A stretch of 64,000 nucleotides of DNA from the NCBI GenBank assembly GCA_963730445.1, contig CAVSRX010000020.1, positions 13,536 to 77,535 on the forward strand, in the 5' to 3' direction. The first letter of the stretch is position 1; each line of letters begins with the position of its first letter. The position numbers were made by a program, and so were the translations under genes. Below are positions 61,090 to 64,000 of this stretch, piece after piece. This DNA comes from Vicinamibacterales bacterium (lineage in GTDB: Bacteria; Acidobacteriota; Vicinamibacteria; Vicinamibacterales; JAMQPK01). Under the pieces are notes generated by a model that did not search any database, had not been told where the DNA came from, and saw only the letters and a program-made list of their open reading frames with translations.

Positions 61090-61535
61090 TTCCACGCGTC
61101 ACCCTGGCGCTGCGGCTGCTCGTCGGCGCGGTGTTCGTCTACGCGGCGTACACGAAGCTGCGGCAGTCGTGGCTGCTCTTCGCGCTCTCGATCGATTCGT
61201 ACCAGCTGCTGCCGGAGTGGGCGGTGTACACGGTCGCGAGGACGCTGCCCGCGTTCGAGCTGGCGCTCGGTGTGCTGCTCGTCGCGGGCGTGTGGGTGCG
61301 CTACCTCTCGATCGTGGCAGCGGCCATCCTGGCGCTGTTTTTTTCGGTGATGGTCGTGTCGTACTTTCGCGGCGCGGGGATCGATTGCGGATGCTTCGGT
61401 GTGGGCGAGCCTTTGAGCGTCAGAACGCTGCTGCGAGACGGCGTCTTGCTCGCAGCAGCACTCACGCTCGTGGTGCTCGCGAGAAGGGCCTTAGGCTCTG
61501 GGCTTTCGGCTTCGGGCCTAGAGCCCAAAGCCTAG
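61086..61535 (+). CDS. MauE/DoxX-family membrane protein
   Basis: LALRLLVGAVFVYAAYTKL...FELALGVLLVAG...GIDCGCFG. 4-nt overlap with the DsbA-like gene. Confidence 0.75.
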   Translation: MIPRVTLALRLLVGAVFVYAAYTKLRQSWLLFALSIDSYQLLPEWAVYTVARTLPAFELALGVLLVAGVWVRYLSIVAAAILALFFSVMVVSYFRGAGIDCGCFGVGEPLSVRTLLRDGVLLAAALTLVVLARRALGSGLSASGLEPKA

Positions 61536-61541
61536 AGCCTA
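61487..61541. repeat. degenerate GGGCYYW heptamer array (~8 units)
   Basis: gggcctt aggctct gggcttt cggcttc gggccta gagccca aagccta gagccta. Encodes the MauE-like tail ALGSGLSASGLEPKA*. Confidence 0.65.
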
Positions 61542-61721
61542 ATCGCGATCAGGTTTGTCCGGGTGTTCATCATCCACGGCAGGCGGATTGTCGTGCGTGA
61601 AATGGTCGTGCTTCGGCGGCGTGCCCGGCTTCCAGTCGTGCCACGGCCGCTCGGAATAGATCGTGTTCATCCGGCCGAGCTCTTCAATGCGTTCGCGGTG
61701 CGGATCCTTGGTTTCTGCCAT
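61539..61721 (-). CDS. small hypothetical protein (60 aa)
   Basis: MAETKDPHRERIEELGRMNTIYSERPWHDWKPGTPPKHDHFTHDNPPAVDDEHPDKPDRD has non-shadow composition. Starts at an internal Met of ORF 61539..61820. Confidence 0.4.
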   Translation of the reverse strand: MAETKDPHRERIEELGRMNTIYSERPWHDWKPGTPPKHDHFTHDNPPAVDDEHPDKPDRD

Positions 61722-61767
61722 CGCCTCTCCTGACGACAGCATATCAAAACCGTCGCGCCGGTGAGGT

Positions 61768-63821
61768 CTATTCCAGCCTGGCCCAGCGGCTGCGACGCTC
61801 GTCTGCGCCGCGGATCGCACGGCGGAGGATCGACCGGCGACAACAGCTGGTAAGCCGTGTCCTCATGCACGAGCGTCAGCTTCAAATTCTCGCGCGCAAA
61901 GGCACGTAGCTCTTCTGACGCTCGCTGCTTGTCGACGACGACGAACCGCATGCACGTGCGGCGCAGAAACGCGTCGCGCCCTGCGCGCGCGTTCGCCGCG
62001 AGCTCGGCGGACGGCGTACGCCCTTCACTCAACACGAAAATCGCTCCGAGCACGGGCGCCCGGCGGCTCTCGCGACCAGCGCCAACGAGAGACGCGCGAC
62101 ACATACCCACCGATCATCGGCCGATGGTGCCGCGTCTGAAAATACTGGCTCGCCGGGTTGAATCTGCCGATCGACGACGTCCCGTCGCGCATCCCGGTCG
62201 GCAGCTCGAGCACGCGTCCGGCCTCGTCGGTGGTCGCCGTAATCAGCTTGTACACCTCGGGCACTTCCGCCGAATACAGCGCCCGCGGCGCCGGCATCAG
62301 CTCAATCGCAAGCGCGATCGCATCAAAACTCGACGGAGACGGCGTGTACATCGCGTTCACGTGCGTAGTGCCGACCTTTAGGTCGCTAATCCGCGAAGCA
62401 GCGCGTCACCGCAAACGCGAACAGTATCGACAATCCCAGCACGACGAGGACCGTGAACCTCGACGGCGCGCGCGCCAGGCCGATAATCGGAACGTAGCGA
62501 AGAAAGGCCCAGGGCCCAGGCACGTAAGTGTTGATGCCTGCGACATGAAGAAACGGGCCGGCTGACAGCAGCGCGAAGCGACGCTGAAGGCGACCCAGAC
62601 GCGCGGCAATGCCCGCATCGCCGCCCCGACACCAATCACGGCAAACGCCACAAGTGAGAACGAGGCGACAAACTCTGGAAATGCGTCACCGGCTCCCAAC
62701 CACGACCGCGTCGTGCCGCCGAACCAGGGATGCATCGGATTGGGGACGACATATCCAGCTAGATCGACACCAGGGGCGCTGCTCCGCCAATGGAGCTCCG
62801 TTTCAGGCAGCCGATCTTCGAGGTAGCGGAATCCGATGCCGGCAATGAGCGGCATCAGCAGCGCGAGGCAAACGGAAACCGCGAGCACGCCTTTCCCAAC
62901 GAGCACGCGCAGTGCCCCATCGGGATCGTGCACCGTGAATGCCGGCCGCCATATGAGCCACGTTCTGACGAATACCAGCACAGTCAGCGCGAACACGGGC
63001 GTGTAGAGCGTCTGCAGCCCGAGGCGTATCCCGCCGAACTCGATCGCTGTCGATCCGGTGAAGGCGCGCCATGCCATCACTGACGCGATGAGGACAATGC
63101 TGGCATCGAGCGCGCGCGCGAGGCTCGCGGGCGGCGCCGCTGCGCGGCGCCGTGTCACCCGTAAGAACCTCCATGCCACAAAAAATACGCCTGCCATGGC
63201 GCAGTAGATTCCGTAATACGCATCCGAGTAGGTGGCGATGGCGACGAGCGCGCCGACAAGGGCTGCGTCGCGAAACCGTTTCGTCTCGAGCGCGCGAAAA
63301 AGCGCCCAGATGAACACCGGCAGCGGTGCCACCGTGATCAAGCTGAAATGCTCGGAGCCGCGCGCCGTCAGCACCGGAGATGCCATGAACAGCGCACCGG
63401 CGCTCCATGCGTACAGCGGCGCCAGACCGAGGCGCCGCGCGAGGAGAAACACGCCGAGCCCGGAAAGCGCCATCGCCGAGATGAGGATCACGTTGAACGT
63501 GCCGACAATCCCCAGCCAGTCCATCAGCGGCACGCCGACGAGCCCCGCCAGCGGCGTGTAGTTATGAAGGGCGAAGTCGAGGCCGGCGGTGTAGCTAAAG
63601 AGATGATCGGTTGAGAGCGGAAGATGGCCGTGCTCGACAAGCTCGTGACGGAAGACCCAGAGGTTCCAGACGTAGACGCCGACATCGCCTGAGGTGTCGC
63701 CGAGAAAATGCGTCTGCAAATGCCGCGGCAGCGGCCACGTCAGGCCACAGGCGAGCACCACATAGGCTGCGACAGCGGCGAGCCAGACGGGCGCCGACCG
63801 CAGTCGTTTTGTAGGACACAT
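61768..63821 (-). CDS. large polytopic membrane protein with C-terminal soluble domain, several apparent frameshifts
   Basis: The N-terminal ~400 aa have >10 TM helices (ORF 62406..63821). It continues through FALLSAGPFLHVAGINTYVPGPWAFLRYVPIIGLARAPSRF, VGTTHVNAMYTPSPSSFDAIALAIEL (ORF 62025..62360) and FVVVDKQRASEELRAFARENLKLTLVHEDTAYQLL. The probable tail ILRRAIRGADERRSRWARLE* puts TAG at 61768. No family recognised. Confidence 0.45.
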
Positions 63822-63893
63822 GTCGAGGAGGGGCGCATCTAACTGACTCCTTGGAATTCCTACTAATGTTCTTAGGGGAGAAAACCAAAGTAT

Positions 63894-64000
63894 TCAGGGG
63901 AGAGGTCGAATAACCCAGCCTAGCCGGCCCGCCACGACCAAGGTCGCCTCGTAAATGGCTCTGAGCTCGTCCATGAGCCTGTCACGGCGGAGCCGCGCGT
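63894..64000 (-). CDS. 3' end of an unidentified gene (5' part outside window)
   Basis: - strand frame reads ARLRRDRLMDELRAIYEATLVVAGRLGWVIRPLP* (TGA 63894-63896). Only 35 codons are visible. Confidence 0.3.
   Translation of the reverse strand, partial: ARLRRDRLMDELRAIYEATLVVAGRLGWVIRPLP

Overview
This is a high-GC (~65-68%) bacterial chromosomal segment. Its gene content points to Acidobacteria: an ADOP-type duplicated FtsX permease next to a PadR regulator, a TIGR03436-like VWA protein, two CarboxypepD_reg/TonB-dependent-receptor-like outer-membrane proteins, and a DUF1552 + DUF1592/cytochrome-c pair. All family calls come from motif recognition by eye, with no database search.

The window carries about 60 protein genes and one tRNA-Ser(CGA). 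The genes are mostly housekeeping or accessory metabolism:
- Carbon and energy: glgB, glpF-glpK, NDH-2, PQQ sugar dehydrogenase, GH10 xylanase, CE1-like esterase.
- Nucleic-acid enzymes: xthA, tadA, a 5'-3' exonuclease.
- Regulation and stress: YCII + ECF sigma, vapBC, two Crp/Fnr regulators, a CheB/CheR-PAS fusion.

I found no CRISPR array, transposase, integrase, prophage or recognisable defence island.

Three things stand out:
1. Many conserved genes are broken by frameshifts, and the breaks cluster in certain stretches while multi-kb neighbouring genes stay intact.
2. Short degenerate tandem arrays with 7-nt (occasionally 8-9-nt) units sit at gene boundaries. They often occur as inverted pairs that form long hairpins. 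One ~110-bp palindromic version brackets the VWA gene and encodes its signal peptide. Another array lies inside a coding loop.
3. A lasso-peptide B2-like (transglutaminase-core) protease gene sits alone next to tRNA-Ser and a cluster of REP-like hairpins.

I cannot show that any of these is a new biological system. They are leads to test. Gene boundaries for frameshifted genes are approximate.
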